From: Candidatus Harrisonbacteria bacterium RIFCSPHIGHO2_02_FULL_42_16
GTDB lineage: Bacteria; Patescibacteriota; Minisyncoccia; UBA6257; 02-FULL-45-10c
NCBI GenBank assembly: GCA_001818695.1
Contig: MHJG01000003.1
Location: 4,890 to 68,889, forward strand
Direction of reading: 5' to 3'
DNA: 64,000 nucleotides
Shown here: one piece after another, positions 36,600 through 45,489 of the stretch
How the letters are laid out: each line of letters opens with the position of its first letter
Numbering within the stretch: position 1 is the stretch's first letter
Position numbers and translations under genes: made by a program
The notes under the pieces: generated by a model
Databases searched by the model: none
What the model saw: only the letters and a program-made list of their open reading frames with translations
What the model was told of the DNA's origin: nothing

Positions 36600-37757
36600 T
36601 TACAGGTATCCTAATAAATGCTTTGCAATAATAAAAGCGGCGTCCGGGCGATAAAAGCTTTTGGCGGCACTGCCCATTTTTTGCGTCAAATCCTTGTTTT
36701 TTAGAATTTTATTTATTTCTTCCATTACCAAATGAGCCAATAAATTTTCTTCTTCAATAATAATTGCTCCGCCGCTTTGAGAATAAAGATAGGCGTTTTC
36801 TTTTTGATGGTTATTAGCTGATTCCGGCAAAGGCACCAATATTGCCGGTTTGCCGAAAGCCGCAATTTCAAAGATATTACCGGAGCCAGCGCGGGAAATA
36901 ACCAAGTCGGCAGCCATCAGCGCGTCCGCCATATCTTCATTAAAAAACGCTTTAAAGGTATAACGGTTTTTTTTTGAATTGTTCCGGTCATTAGCGGCGA
37001 ATTCATATTCATTTTTATACGATTGGTAATTATTTTTGCCAACTTGATGCAGAATTTGAAAATCTTTTGTTAAAACTCCAAGATTTTCTAAAATAAAATT
37101 ATTCAGCCGCTCTGCTCCCTGGGAACCGCCTAAAACCAATATCAGCGGTTCTTCAGGGTTCATTCCGAATCCCCTTTTAGCGTTTTTTGGGGCAGTTTCA
37201 ATTTCTTGCCCTAAATTTGCGGCTTGTTGAAATAGCGATTCTCTGACCGGATTGCCGACCACTTCAATGTTTTTATTCTTACTAAAATAATCTTCCGCTT
37301 TAGCGAAAGAAAGAAATATTTTTTTGGCAAACCGCCCGGATATTTTATTGGTTAAGCCGGGAACGCTGTCCGATTCATGGATTATTGTCGGTATCATATA
37401 AAAACGCCCCGCTAAAACAACCGCCAAAGCGCCAGGGCCGCCTTTGGAAAAAATCATATCCGGCATAAACCAAAATAACTTCCAGAACAGCTGGAATAAA
37501 CTTAAAAAAAATTTCACAAAATCAATTAGGTTTAATGCCGACCAATACCGCCGGAATTTGCTTGAATAAATTGGAACGAAACGGATGCCGTTTTCCATAA
37601 GCAATTCGGCGTAATCATAGGCAGAGCCGAAATAACGCATATCTAATTCTATTCCGAAGTTACTTGATTGCTTGTTCAGTTCTTGCGCTACCGCTATTAA
37701 AGGGATAATATGCCCGCCGGTGCCGCCGCCAGCCAGCGCAATGCGTAATTTTTTCAT
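36600..37757 (-). CDS. murG: lipid II GlcNAc transferase
   Basis: GGGTGGH, GNPVR, GGSQGA, SRAG, HQ..NA. Confidence 0.96.
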   Translation of the reverse strand: MKKLRIALAGGGTGGHIIPLIAVAQELNKQSSNFGIELDMRYFGSAYDYAELLMENGIRFVPIYSSKFRRYWSALNLIDFVKFFLSLFQLFWKLFWFMPDMIFSKGGPGALAVVLAGRFYMIPTIIHESDSVPGLTNKISGRFAKKIFLSFAKAEDYFSKNKNIEVVGNPVRESLFQQAANLGQEIETAPKNAKRGFGMNPEEPLILVLGGSQGAERLNNFILENLGVLTKDFQILHQVGKNNYQSYKNEYEFAANDRNNSKKNRYTFKAFFNEDMADALMAADLVISRAGSGNIFEIAAFGKPAILVPLPESANNHQKENAYLYSQSGGAIIIEEENLLAHLVMEEINKILKNKDLTQKMGSAAKSFYRPDAAFIIAKHLLGYL

Positions 37758-37894
37758 CCCTCACCTAACAAAGACTGCGAAGCTCTTGCAATCATTTATT
37801 TTATTAATTAATTGACGTTTTATTTTGGTAATCATAGTTGTTTAGGTTAAGCACTGGCTTTATTTCGGCAATTAGTCTTTGTTGGGTGAGGGAT
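37756..37894. mobile_element. MITE-like element with ATCCCTCACC termini
   Basis: 21-bp IR with 1 mismatch; fills the ftsW-murG gap; same terminus as the 6703-7126 element. Confidence 0.75.
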
Positions 37895-39009
37895 TATGTG
37901 TATTTGGATATATTCACTATTATACCCGAGATAGTCATAAAAATTGCCAAGGCGGTTCCGCCGTAGCTGATATACGGCAAAGGTACGCCGGTTAAGGGAA
38001 TCAGTCCGGAAATAGCTCCAATATGGATAAACGCCTGAATGGTAATCAGGGAGCCGAATCCAATAAGCAATAATTGCCCAAATTCGTCGTTAATTTTCCG
38101 GGCCAGTAAAAAACTTCTGGTTGTCAGCATAAGAAAAACCATAATGAGGACCGCGGAGCCGATAAACCCCGTTTCTTCGGCGATAACGGCAAAAATTGAA
38201 TCGTCAATCGGCTGAGGAAGATAAAATAATTTTGTGGTTGACTGCCCATACCCTACTCCTTTAAGCCCGCCGGAACCGACCGCTATCAGCGCCTGATTAA
38301 TTTGATAAGAAGATGATTGGGTATCAAGGCCGGGATTAACGAAACTCATAATTCTTTCCCAGCGGTAGGGAGAAAGATAAGAAATTATCAGGAACGCGAA
38401 AATCCCCAATAAAATAGCGCTGAAAATATAAGATAATTTCGCTCCGCTGGAAAAATAAATAATCAGGGCGGTTAAAATCAATATCGCGGCGATACTGGTT
38501 GACGGCTGTAATATCAGAAGTATCCCAATCAGGCCGATAATAATTAAAAACGGCACAAATCCCCCAAAAAAACTTTTTTGCCGATAGGATTTATTTCCAA
38601 GCCAGGACGCAAGATAGACGATAAAAGTGATTTTCAGCAACTCGGACGGCTGAAACTGCACCGGTCCGATTCCCAACCACCTCGTTGCTCCTCCTCTGGT
38701 AATTCCCAAAGGAGTAAAAATCAGCGTCAGCATTAAAATAGAAAGAATGAATAAAATAACGGCTATATTTTGGTAATTGCGGTAATAGAACTTTGACGCC
38801 AAAAAAAATCCAATCAACCCGACGGATAATCCGTATAATAATTGGTGTTTGAGATAAAAATAACTGTCTCCGAACCTTAACTGTCCCAAGTCCGAAGAGG
38901 CGCTGGCGAGCATTACTAATCCAAAAATTACCAGAAAGAAAGTGCTTAAAATAATTACATAATCGGGCGAATGCTTTCCCGCCCAAGAGTTTGATTTAAA
39001 TAAAGGCAT
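37894..39009 (-). CDS. ftsW: cell division glycosyltransferase FtsW
   Basis: GATRW, QPSE..K, LP....D.IF....EE.G, G.PLP.ISYGG; next to murG. Confidence 0.93.
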   Translation of the reverse strand: MPLFKSNSWAGKHSPDYVIILSTFFLVIFGLVMLASASSDLGQLRFGDSYFYLKHQLLYGLSVGLIGFFLASKFYYRNYQNIAVILFILSILMLTLIFTPLGITRGGATRWLGIGPVQFQPSELLKITFIVYLASWLGNKSYRQKSFFGGFVPFLIIIGLIGILLILQPSTSIAAILILTALIIYFSSGAKLSYIFSAILLGIFAFLIISYLSPYRWERIMSFVNPGLDTQSSSYQINQALIAVGSGGLKGVGYGQSTTKLFYLPQPIDDSIFAVIAEETGFIGSAVLIMVFLMLTTRSFLLARKINDEFGQLLLIGFGSLITIQAFIHIGAISGLIPLTGVPLPYISYGGTALAIFMTISGIIVNISKYT

Positions 39010-39014
39010 AAATT

Positions 39015-40502
39015 TTATATTGCCTGGCCGCCCCTATGGCCGGTAACTGCTTTATCTTGCACAGTTAGCTGGCCGTTTACCATAACATTAATGACTTCCG
39101 TATCTTTTAATATCGCCATATCCGCGAACCAGCCCTCACGAAGCAGCCCTCTTTTTTGAAGGCCAAAAAATTTTGCCGGTTTGGCGGTGATATTTTTAAT
39201 GGATTCTTCCAGCGATATTTTTTTATCTTTCATAATTTCAAAAAATCGGACAAAGGTTTTTTGCGCCCGTTCCGGTTTTAATATTAGCTGGGAATCCGGC
39301 AAGCTGGCGCTGTTGGAGCCGATAATAGCGCGAGGATGGGCAATAATTTCATTTAAAATTTCAGTGTTAAGATTTTTATAAAAAACCTGCGAATTCATTT
39401 TAGTGATTTCCATAAGGGCTAAAATTCCTTCATAAGCGTCCAGTCCCCGATTTTCCGCGAATTCTTTGATTGTTTTCCCTACAATATAAGGGTTATTTTT
39501 TGCTTTGGCGATAATCAGCGCGTCAAACCGGATATCGGAATTTCGCAATTCTTCAAGTATTTTTCGGCGGTAATCTTTATCTGAAATAATTTCCAGCATT
39601 CTTTCAAAGCCGTTTTGCTGGGCCCAGGCGGGCAAAAAAGAATACACTGGCAGGATGCTTATATCAGAAGAGTTGGTGTCAAAATAAACATTTGCCTTAT
39701 CAAGGTTTTTTTCTATTATTTCAAGCGCTTCTTGAAATTGAGCTTCAAAGCCAAGTAATGGCCGGAAATGGCTTATAATTACCGGCACTCCCGTATCTTT
39801 CGCCATATTTATTGTTTCTGCGACTGATTCTGCAATTCCCTCTTTTTCGTTTTTAAGATGGGTGGCGTATACCCGGCCGTATTTGGCAACAATAAAAAGT
39901 AATCTTTTAATTTCGTTATATGGAATATAGCGGGAATGAGAATATCCCAGGCCGGTTGATAATCCGAGTGCTTGGTTTTTTAATGCGTTAGAAAGAGAGT
40001 TTTCAAAAATTTCAAATTCGGATTCGGTTAAATCGCGGATTTCTTCACCGGAAATATCCCGTCGCACAGTGGAGTGTCCAACTAAAGTTCCAAAATTTAC
40101 CCCTAATTTTATGCGGTTTAATAATTTTTTTAAGTCGGCAACCGTAGTCCAGTCCACATTGATTAAATCGGTGTCTGCCCATTTTCTGATTGATTTAAGC
40201 GAACCGTACATCAGCGGCGCCAGAGACGAACCGCACTGCCCCCCTATAATAGTAGTTACGCCTTGTAATAAAAAATCCTTCTGCAGAGGATTGGTAAATA
40301 GGCCTAAATAGTGGTCGGAATCGGCATTGGCGTCAATAAATCCGGGAGTAGCGATAAGCCCCAAACCGTCAATTACAACTTCCGCTTGCTTATTGGGAAA
40401 ATTGCCGATGGCGGATATTTTATCGCCTTTGATTAAAATATCGCCCTTAAAAGCGGATTGGCCGGTGCCGTCAATAATTTTTATGGATTTAATAAGAATC
40501 AT
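39015..40502 (-). CDS. N-acyl-D-amino-acid deacylase-like amidohydrolase
   Basis: PGFID, QGVTT..G.CG.S, GLSTGL.Y, ISH; HxH replaced by ANAD. Confidence 0.8.
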   Translation of the reverse strand: MILIKSIKIIDGTGQSAFKGDILIKGDKISAIGNFPNKQAEVVIDGLGLIATPGFIDANADSDHYLGLFTNPLQKDFLLQGVTTIIGGQCGSSLAPLMYGSLKSIRKWADTDLINVDWTTVADLKKLLNRIKLGVNFGTLVGHSTVRRDISGEEIRDLTESEFEIFENSLSNALKNQALGLSTGLGYSHSRYIPYNEIKRLLFIVAKYGRVYATHLKNEKEGIAESVAETINMAKDTGVPVIISHFRPLLGFEAQFQEALEIIEKNLDKANVYFDTNSSDISILPVYSFLPAWAQQNGFERMLEIISDKDYRRKILEELRNSDIRFDALIIAKAKNNPYIVGKTIKEFAENRGLDAYEGILALMEITKMNSQVFYKNLNTEILNEIIAHPRAIIGSNSASLPDSQLILKPERAQKTFVRFFEIMKDKKISLEESIKNITAKPAKFFGLQKRGLLREGWFADMAILKDTEVINVMVNGQLTVQDKAVTGHRGGQAI

Positions 40503-42836
40503 TTATTCTCGGCGCAAGCCGTATTTTAAACGGGATTGTTCTTTTAATCGCATTGCCATATCTGAATTCCCTTTTGGCGAAGGCAGGGTCTTTATATTAA
40601 AGGGCTTGACGGTTTCGCCGTTAATAAGCAATTTCGCGTAAGCGTTAAAGTTATCAATATTAACCAAATCATTTTTATTGAATGTCGGCTCAAATTCTTT
40701 TTCCAGCATTTCGGTATCTTTTACGCCGATGCGGAAAATAATTTTTGAACCCACATTGCCGAAAACCGCGTCGCGGATTTTATCCGGCAATTGGGCGATA
40801 AATTGATGCGCCACAACTAAATTCAAGCGGTATTTACGCGCTTCCGAAAGAATAATCCCAATGGAATCAGTGGTAAAGTTCTGAAATTCGTCAATAAATA
40901 AATTGAAATCCCGCCGGTTTTCCTGCGGCGTATCCACTCTGGAAAGCGCGGCCATCAGAAGTTTTCCGGTTATTATCATTCCCAATAGGCTGGCGTTGAT
41001 ATCCCCGATTCTGCCTTTGGATAAATTCACCAGCAAAATTTTTCCGCTGTCCATCGCTTCGCGAAACCGGAAAGCGGATTTCGGCTGGCTGATAATCGGG
41101 CGCAGATAATCATTAGCGATAAAATTATTGAACTTGGAAGTAATGTAGGGCGTGATGTTTTGCAAAGACGCTTCTCCGCCGGCCATTACCGCTTCCCGTT
41201 CCCAGAAATCTTTGACAGCCGGATTTTGACATCGGGAAAGTTTTTTTCCGCGGTATTCGGAATCGGTAAATATTCTCGGCACGTCTGCCAGCGTTGCCGG
41301 TTCATTTTTCGCGTCTTCCATCAAAAGCAGTAAAGCGTTCCGCATATATTGTTCAAACATCGGCCCCATGGTTTCTTCGGAAAAAAGCTTGTTAAAAATC
41401 CCTTGCATTTCGTTTACAATAAATGTTTTTTCTTCCGGACGGGAAAAATCATATTCCAGCATATTCAATCCGAGCGGCCGTTCCAAGTCGCCTGGGTCAA
41501 AAATTATTACTTCTTCCAATCGTTCCGCCGGAATCAATCCTAAAATTGAATCAATTAAATCTCCATGAGGGTCAATGACCGCGACTCCTTTTCCTTTTTT
41601 AATGTCGCTGACCGCCATATTAACCATTAAATTGGATTTTCCGGTGCCGGTCTGTCCGACGATATAAATATGACGGCGGCGGTCTTCATCGCTGATGTAA
41701 ACCGGCCGGCGCTCTCCGCGATAACTGCTTTCGCCGATTAAAACGCCGTCTTTAAGAAGATTGGCCGGCGGTGCGGCTTCCCGGGATTTCAGCCATTTAA
41801 TTTTTGGTATGCCGGTACCCGAGGTTGGAAAATGGAACAAACTTGCGACTTCGTCGCTACCTAAAACCATTTGCTGGCTGTTGTCAAATTCGCGGAATAT
41901 ATATTTGAAAATAAGTTTTTTGGAATCGCGCGGCTTTATAATTTTAATGCCGTTTCTAAGCGGCGCCTGAAATTGCTCAAAAGAACCGGCCAAACTGTTA
42001 AGCATTTCCTCCGCTTTCGGCTGGTTTTGGGCTGATACTATTAGACGGACATTAACAGCAAAGACCTGCTTGGCTAATTTTTTTTCTAATGCTTTTATCG
42101 CTTCTTCGTCTAATACCGGCTTAGCCGGCTGTTGCTCGTCCGGTTTTTTGCCTTTTAACGCCGCGCTGACATCTTTTAAGGTAATCATTTTATTGCCCTT
42201 TAAAACATCTTCTAATTTAGCTCCTTTTTTTAATTGATAAATAAAACTCTCCGCGGATTTCTTAAACAATTTTGGCGCTGGCTTAACCAATACCTGAATC
42301 GCCGCCCCTTCTCCGATTTCCTGAATTTTGGAAAAATTGCTTAAAATTGGCAGAAAAGTGTCCAGATTGGCTTCTTCGTAAGTGCGGATTGGCAAAACAT
42401 AACTTTCTTTTTGTTTCAGAAAGACCCCCTGGCTTACGTCCTGATGGTTAAAGATATTGTAATCATCCGTTTCTTCAACATAAGCGTCATTCCACAAGCC
42501 CTGAATCTGCCGCGAAGCAAACTGGATGTTTTCCGCAGGCACGCTTAAATAAAAATGGATTTCCTCGCCAATGCCGTGCACCGCCGCTTCCAGAGAAAAA
42601 GGTATTTTTAATCCTGCCAAGGAACTTAAAAGCTGGGCGGTTAAATTTATTTCTTTAAGCGGCTCTTCTTTAGATTCATTTTCCGAGCCCGATTTTTGTG
42701 GCAATTTTACCAATAATAATCTTAACTTCAGTGTATTTAAAAAATATCGGCGCCGGATTTTTTGGGCAATCCAAAAAGCCGCCCAACCGATAATTAAAAC
42801 GGTCGCCGCCAAGTAACCTATAAAAAGAATATCCAT
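40503..42836 (-). CDS. VirD4/TraD/HerA-like ATPase
   Basis: DRRRH.Y..GQTGTGKS, IDPHGD, IDEFQNF, EARKY, HQ...QL. Confidence 0.9.
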   Translation of the reverse strand: MDILFIGYLAATVLIIGWAAFWIAQKIRRRYFLNTLKLRLLLVKLPQKSGSENESKEEPLKEINLTAQLLSSLAGLKIPFSLEAAVHGIGEEIHFYLSVPAENIQFASRQIQGLWNDAYVEETDDYNIFNHQDVSQGVFLKQKESYVLPIRTYEEANLDTFLPILSNFSKIQEIGEGAAIQVLVKPAPKLFKKSAESFIYQLKKGAKLEDVLKGNKMITLKDVSAALKGKKPDEQQPAKPVLDEEAIKALEKKLAKQVFAVNVRLIVSAQNQPKAEEMLNSLAGSFEQFQAPLRNGIKIIKPRDSKKLIFKYIFREFDNSQQMVLGSDEVASLFHFPTSGTGIPKIKWLKSREAAPPANLLKDGVLIGESSYRGERRPVYISDEDRRRHIYIVGQTGTGKSNLMVNMAVSDIKKGKGVAVIDPHGDLIDSILGLIPAERLEEVIIFDPGDLERPLGLNMLEYDFSRPEEKTFIVNEMQGIFNKLFSEETMGPMFEQYMRNALLLLMEDAKNEPATLADVPRIFTDSEYRGKKLSRCQNPAVKDFWEREAVMAGGEASLQNITPYITSKFNNFIANDYLRPIISQPKSAFRFREAMDSGKILLVNLSKGRIGDINASLLGMIITGKLLMAALSRVDTPQENRRDFNLFIDEFQNFTTDSIGIILSEARKYRLNLVVAHQFIAQLPDKIRDAVFGNVGSKIIFRIGVKDTEMLEKEFEPTFNKNDLVNIDNFNAYAKLLINGETVKPFNIKTLPSPKGNSDMAMRLKEQSRLKYGLRRE

Positions 42837-43220
42837 TTATATTTTTCCCCTGCTTTTTAGTTCGCCATATAATTTAGCGGTTAAAGAGTCATGAAATCCG
42901 TCTAAAACAAGCGGTTCTTTTTGGCGCGCTTCTTTAATCGCCGCGTCCAGTCCTTTATGAAAAACTAAATCAATAAGCTCTTCCACCGCTAATTTTATTT
43001 CCGCGGATTCTGTTTTAAGATAACCGGGCAATAAATTATCGTTATCGCCGACGATTTGAGTTTTTAGCGCCGGTTTTTCACCGTAAATCCGTTTTTCTAA
43101 AACCGATTTTACGGCTTCTTGGTCAGCCTTTTCCGGACTGATTTTTTTATGCTCCGCGACTTCCAGCGACAGCCGTTCCATATCTTGCTCTAAAATAGAA
43201 TGTTCAAATTTAAAATCCAT
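42837..43220 (-). CDS. hypothetical protein
   Basis: KG...AI..A....P..LD.FHD motif; directly upstream of the ATPase. Confidence 0.7.
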   Translation of the reverse strand: MDFKFEHSILEQDMERLSLEVAEHKKISPEKADQEAVKSVLEKRIYGEKPALKTQIVGDNDNLLPGYLKTESAEIKLAVEELIDLVFHKGLDAAIKEARQKEPLVLDGFHDSLTAKLYGELKSRGKI

Positions 43221-43221
43221 A

Positions 43222-43356
43222 CCCGGTATTACAACTTTGACTGGCGCTTAATAAAATTAAGCGCCATATCTATTTTTGTAGTTGCGATTATTAATGATTT
43301 TATAGCTTACTTTAAAATTAAATGCCGGCTTAATTGGTCGAAGTTGTAGTACCGGG
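43222..43356. mobile_element. MITE-like element with TSD CATA
   Basis: 20-bp IR CCCGGTATTACAACTTTGAC/GTCGAAGTTGTAGTACCGGG (2 mismatches); CATA at 43218-43221 and 43357-43360. Confidence 0.7.
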
Positions 43357-43419
43357 CATATAGATTTATTATACAATAATATAGATTTATATTAAAAAAC
43401 CGCGTTTTGCTCGCGGTTT

Positions 43420-44469
43420 TTATCCGTGCCGTATCTCCACTACATCGCCATCCTGTACCACATAATCCTTTCCTTCAAGGCGCATCGCGCCTTTTTGCTT
43501 GGCGGCAACCCACGAATTCGCTTCTAATAACTTCTGCCAATTTATTACTTCCGCTCGGATGAATTTTTTCTCAAAATCAGTATGGATTACGCCAGCCGCT
43601 TGCGGCGCTTTAGTACCCTGCTTAATTGTCCAGGCGCGCGTTTCATCCTCGCCCGTGGTAAGAAAACTGATTAACCCTAAAATCTCGTAAGCTTTCTGAA
43701 TCAATCGATTCAGTTCTGAATCAGTCAAGGGATTAGTTAAATCTACTATCACATAGTCCGCGCCAAGCGATTTTATTTTTTCAATTAAATTCTGCGGTAT
43801 ATCTTCCAGCTTTCCATTTAATAAATAAATCTGCGGTTTGGCGGTCAAAAGATTTAATTCAGCTATTCTCTTATTCGTGCGAATAAGAGAATAGCTGGCA
43901 CTTGATAAAAGCTCGCCCTTTTCTAAAGTTGCTTTAGCTTCTTTTAGCGCTTCCAAATCCTTTTGAGCTTCTTTATTTCCAGTCCGGGCTTCTCCCTCCA
44001 CTTTTTTCCACGCTTTTTCTATTGTTTCCAAATCCTTTAAAGCCAACTCGGTGTTGATAATTTCCATATCCCGAATCGGGTCAACGGAATTTTCCACATG
44101 GATTATTTCGCCGGAAGGAAAACAGCGCAAGACCTCAGCTATTGCCTGCGTTTCTTTAATGTGATTTAAAAATTGGTTGCCTAGACCCTCGCCTTTGTTC
44201 GCGCCCTTTACCAGTCCGGCAATATCATAAAACTCCACCACTGCCGGAATTTTCCTCGCCCTGCCGAAGCCTTGCGCGGAGGCGGGTTTTGGAGACGACA
44301 TTTCATAAAGTTTATCCAGCCGTTCGTCCGGCACCGCCACCACACCAACATTCGGGTCAATGGTTGCGAACGGATAATTGGCGATTAAAATATCATTTTT
44401 AGTCAGCGCTTTAAAAAGCGTGGATTTCCCCACATTTGGAAGCCCAACTATGCCGATGGATAGTTTCAT
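43420..44469 (-). CDS. ychF: ribosome-binding ATPase YchF
   Basis: GLPNVGKST, ANYPFATIDPN, DIAGLVKGA..GEGLGN, AG.IHTDF, LEGKDY. Confidence 0.97.
   Translation of the reverse strand: MKLSIGIVGLPNVGKSTLFKALTKNDILIANYPFATIDPNVGVVAVPDERLDKLYEMSSPKPASAQGFGRARKIPAVVEFYDIAGLVKGANKGEGLGNQFLNHIKETQAIAEVLRCFPSGEIIHVENSVDPIRDMEIINTELALKDLETIEKAWKKVEGEARTGNKEAQKDLEALKEAKATLEKGELLSSASYSLIRTNKRIAELNLLTAKPQIYLLNGKLEDIPQNLIEKIKSLGADYVIVDLTNPLTDSELNRLIQKAYEILGLISFLTTGEDETRAWTIKQGTKAPQAAGVIHTDFEKKFIRAEVINWQKLLEANSWVAAKQKGAMRLEGKDYVVQDGDVVEIRHG
43860..43897. repeat. perfect 17-bp-arm hairpin (loop GTGC) inside ychF
   Basis: CAGCTATTCTCTTATTC-GTGC-GAATAAGAGAATAGCTG; same core as the ArsR-flanking hairpins. Confidence 0.85.
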
Positions 44470-44477
44470 AGGTAAAC

Positions 44478-44735
44478 TTATCTATAAACATCTTTACGGT
44501 GGTCAATTTCAAAGAATACTGCCGTTTGTTCATTTTGAAAATAGAAAAACACCCGATATCGTCGGGTGACTCGAAATGAAAAAGCAAGCGCTAATTCACG
44601 ATTTTTCTTTATGTGTAATCGTGAATCATGCCAATTGTCTTGAAAACGCCTTTCTTGAATCGTATATAATCGTTTAATATCCGCGGGAATTTGCCTGAAT
44701 GCGCGGTTGAAGTCGCCAGTTTTTATAATTTTCAT
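44478..44735 (-). CDS. RelE/ParE-superfamily toxin
   Basis: F....., L..KK, FSFRVTRRYRVFF, IDHRKDVY. Confidence 0.8.
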   Translation of the reverse strand: MKIIKTGDFNRAFRQIPADIKRLYTIQERRFQDNWHDSRLHIKKNRELALAFSFRVTRRYRVFFYFQNEQTAVFFEIDHRKDVYR

Positions 44736-44932
44736 TTGAATACCGGGGAGTGCCGCTTGAGCGCGTTAAGATAAGATTTTTTAATCCGTTCCGGATGGCT
44801 ATATCCCGATAAATTCTCTTGCGGAAAAAGCAGGCGCATTTCATTGCGTAATTGATGAAGTTCTTTCATTAATTCCTGCTTAAGCTCTTTTTTCAGTTCC
44901 TTTTTTATTTTTTGTATAGTAGCAGTGCTCAT
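44732..44932 (-). CDS. putative antitoxin
   Basis: small ORF overlapping the toxin start by ATGA. Confidence 0.65.
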   Translation of the reverse strand: MSTATIQKIKKELKKELKQELMKELHQLRNEMRLLFPQENLSGYSHPERIKKSYLNALKRHSPVFK

Positions 44933-45051
44933 ATATAAAGCATATTAGCACAATATATATTATAAATACAAGTAATATTACTTTATCCTTTTTCATCTCA
45001 TTTTTCAAACTAAAATCTTCCAATTTAAGGCCGATAATGCTAATCTGTTAA

Positions 45052-45193
45052 ATAACAACTGAATCGCCTAAACCTCGCCTAAAAGCGTGGCATGGCACCA
45101 AATCGTTCTGCATATTAAACCCGTCATTAGGGCGTGCAGAACGTTATATGGGGAAACCTATATAAGCCGCAAGGCTCCTAGTGGCGGGTTTTA
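45052..45193 (+). ncRNA. candidate structured RNA with pseudoknot or switch
   Basis: stem 45104-45112/45135-45143, GAAA and GCAA tetraloop hairpins, 15-bp helix 45117-45131/45177-45191 with two G-U pairs. Confidence 0.5.
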
Positions 45194-45249
45194 TGTTAGA
45201 AAAGATTTGGCTTGACAAGTTATAAGTTATATGCTATCATTTACTTAAT

Positions 45250-45489
45250 ATGAAAAAATTAATCACAATCAGTCTATTATCATTATTTATAGTCGCTGGT
45301 TTAGCTAATTTAGCTGAGGCCGCTGTTCGAGTCCGCAGCTATTATAAACCTAGCACCGGAAGATATGTGATGCCCTCTTATCGCACCAGCCCAAATAAAA
45401 CTAAATTAGATAATTATTCAACAAAAGGTAATTACAATCCTTACACCGGTAAAAAAGGATATATAAATCCGTATCAATATCAATGGTAA
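45250..45489 (+). CDS. small secreted Tyr/Lys-rich protein
   Basis: signal peptide; V..YY...G.YV...YRT.PN....DN.ST.GN.NPYTGKKG; promoter TTGACA-N17-TATCAT. Confidence 0.8.
   Translation: MKKLITISLLSLFIVAGLANLAEAAVRVRSYYKPSTGRYVMPSYRTSPNKTKLDNYSTKGNYNPYTGKKGYINPYQYQW

Noticed and set aside
40503-42836. Conjugative element
   Set aside because: Lone VirD4/HerA-like ATPase within a core operon; no relaxase, VirB genes or integrase
45055-45135. c-di-AMP (ydaO) riboswitch
   Set aside because: Only CTGAATC and ACCCGTCA fragments resemble it; other conserved blocks not seen
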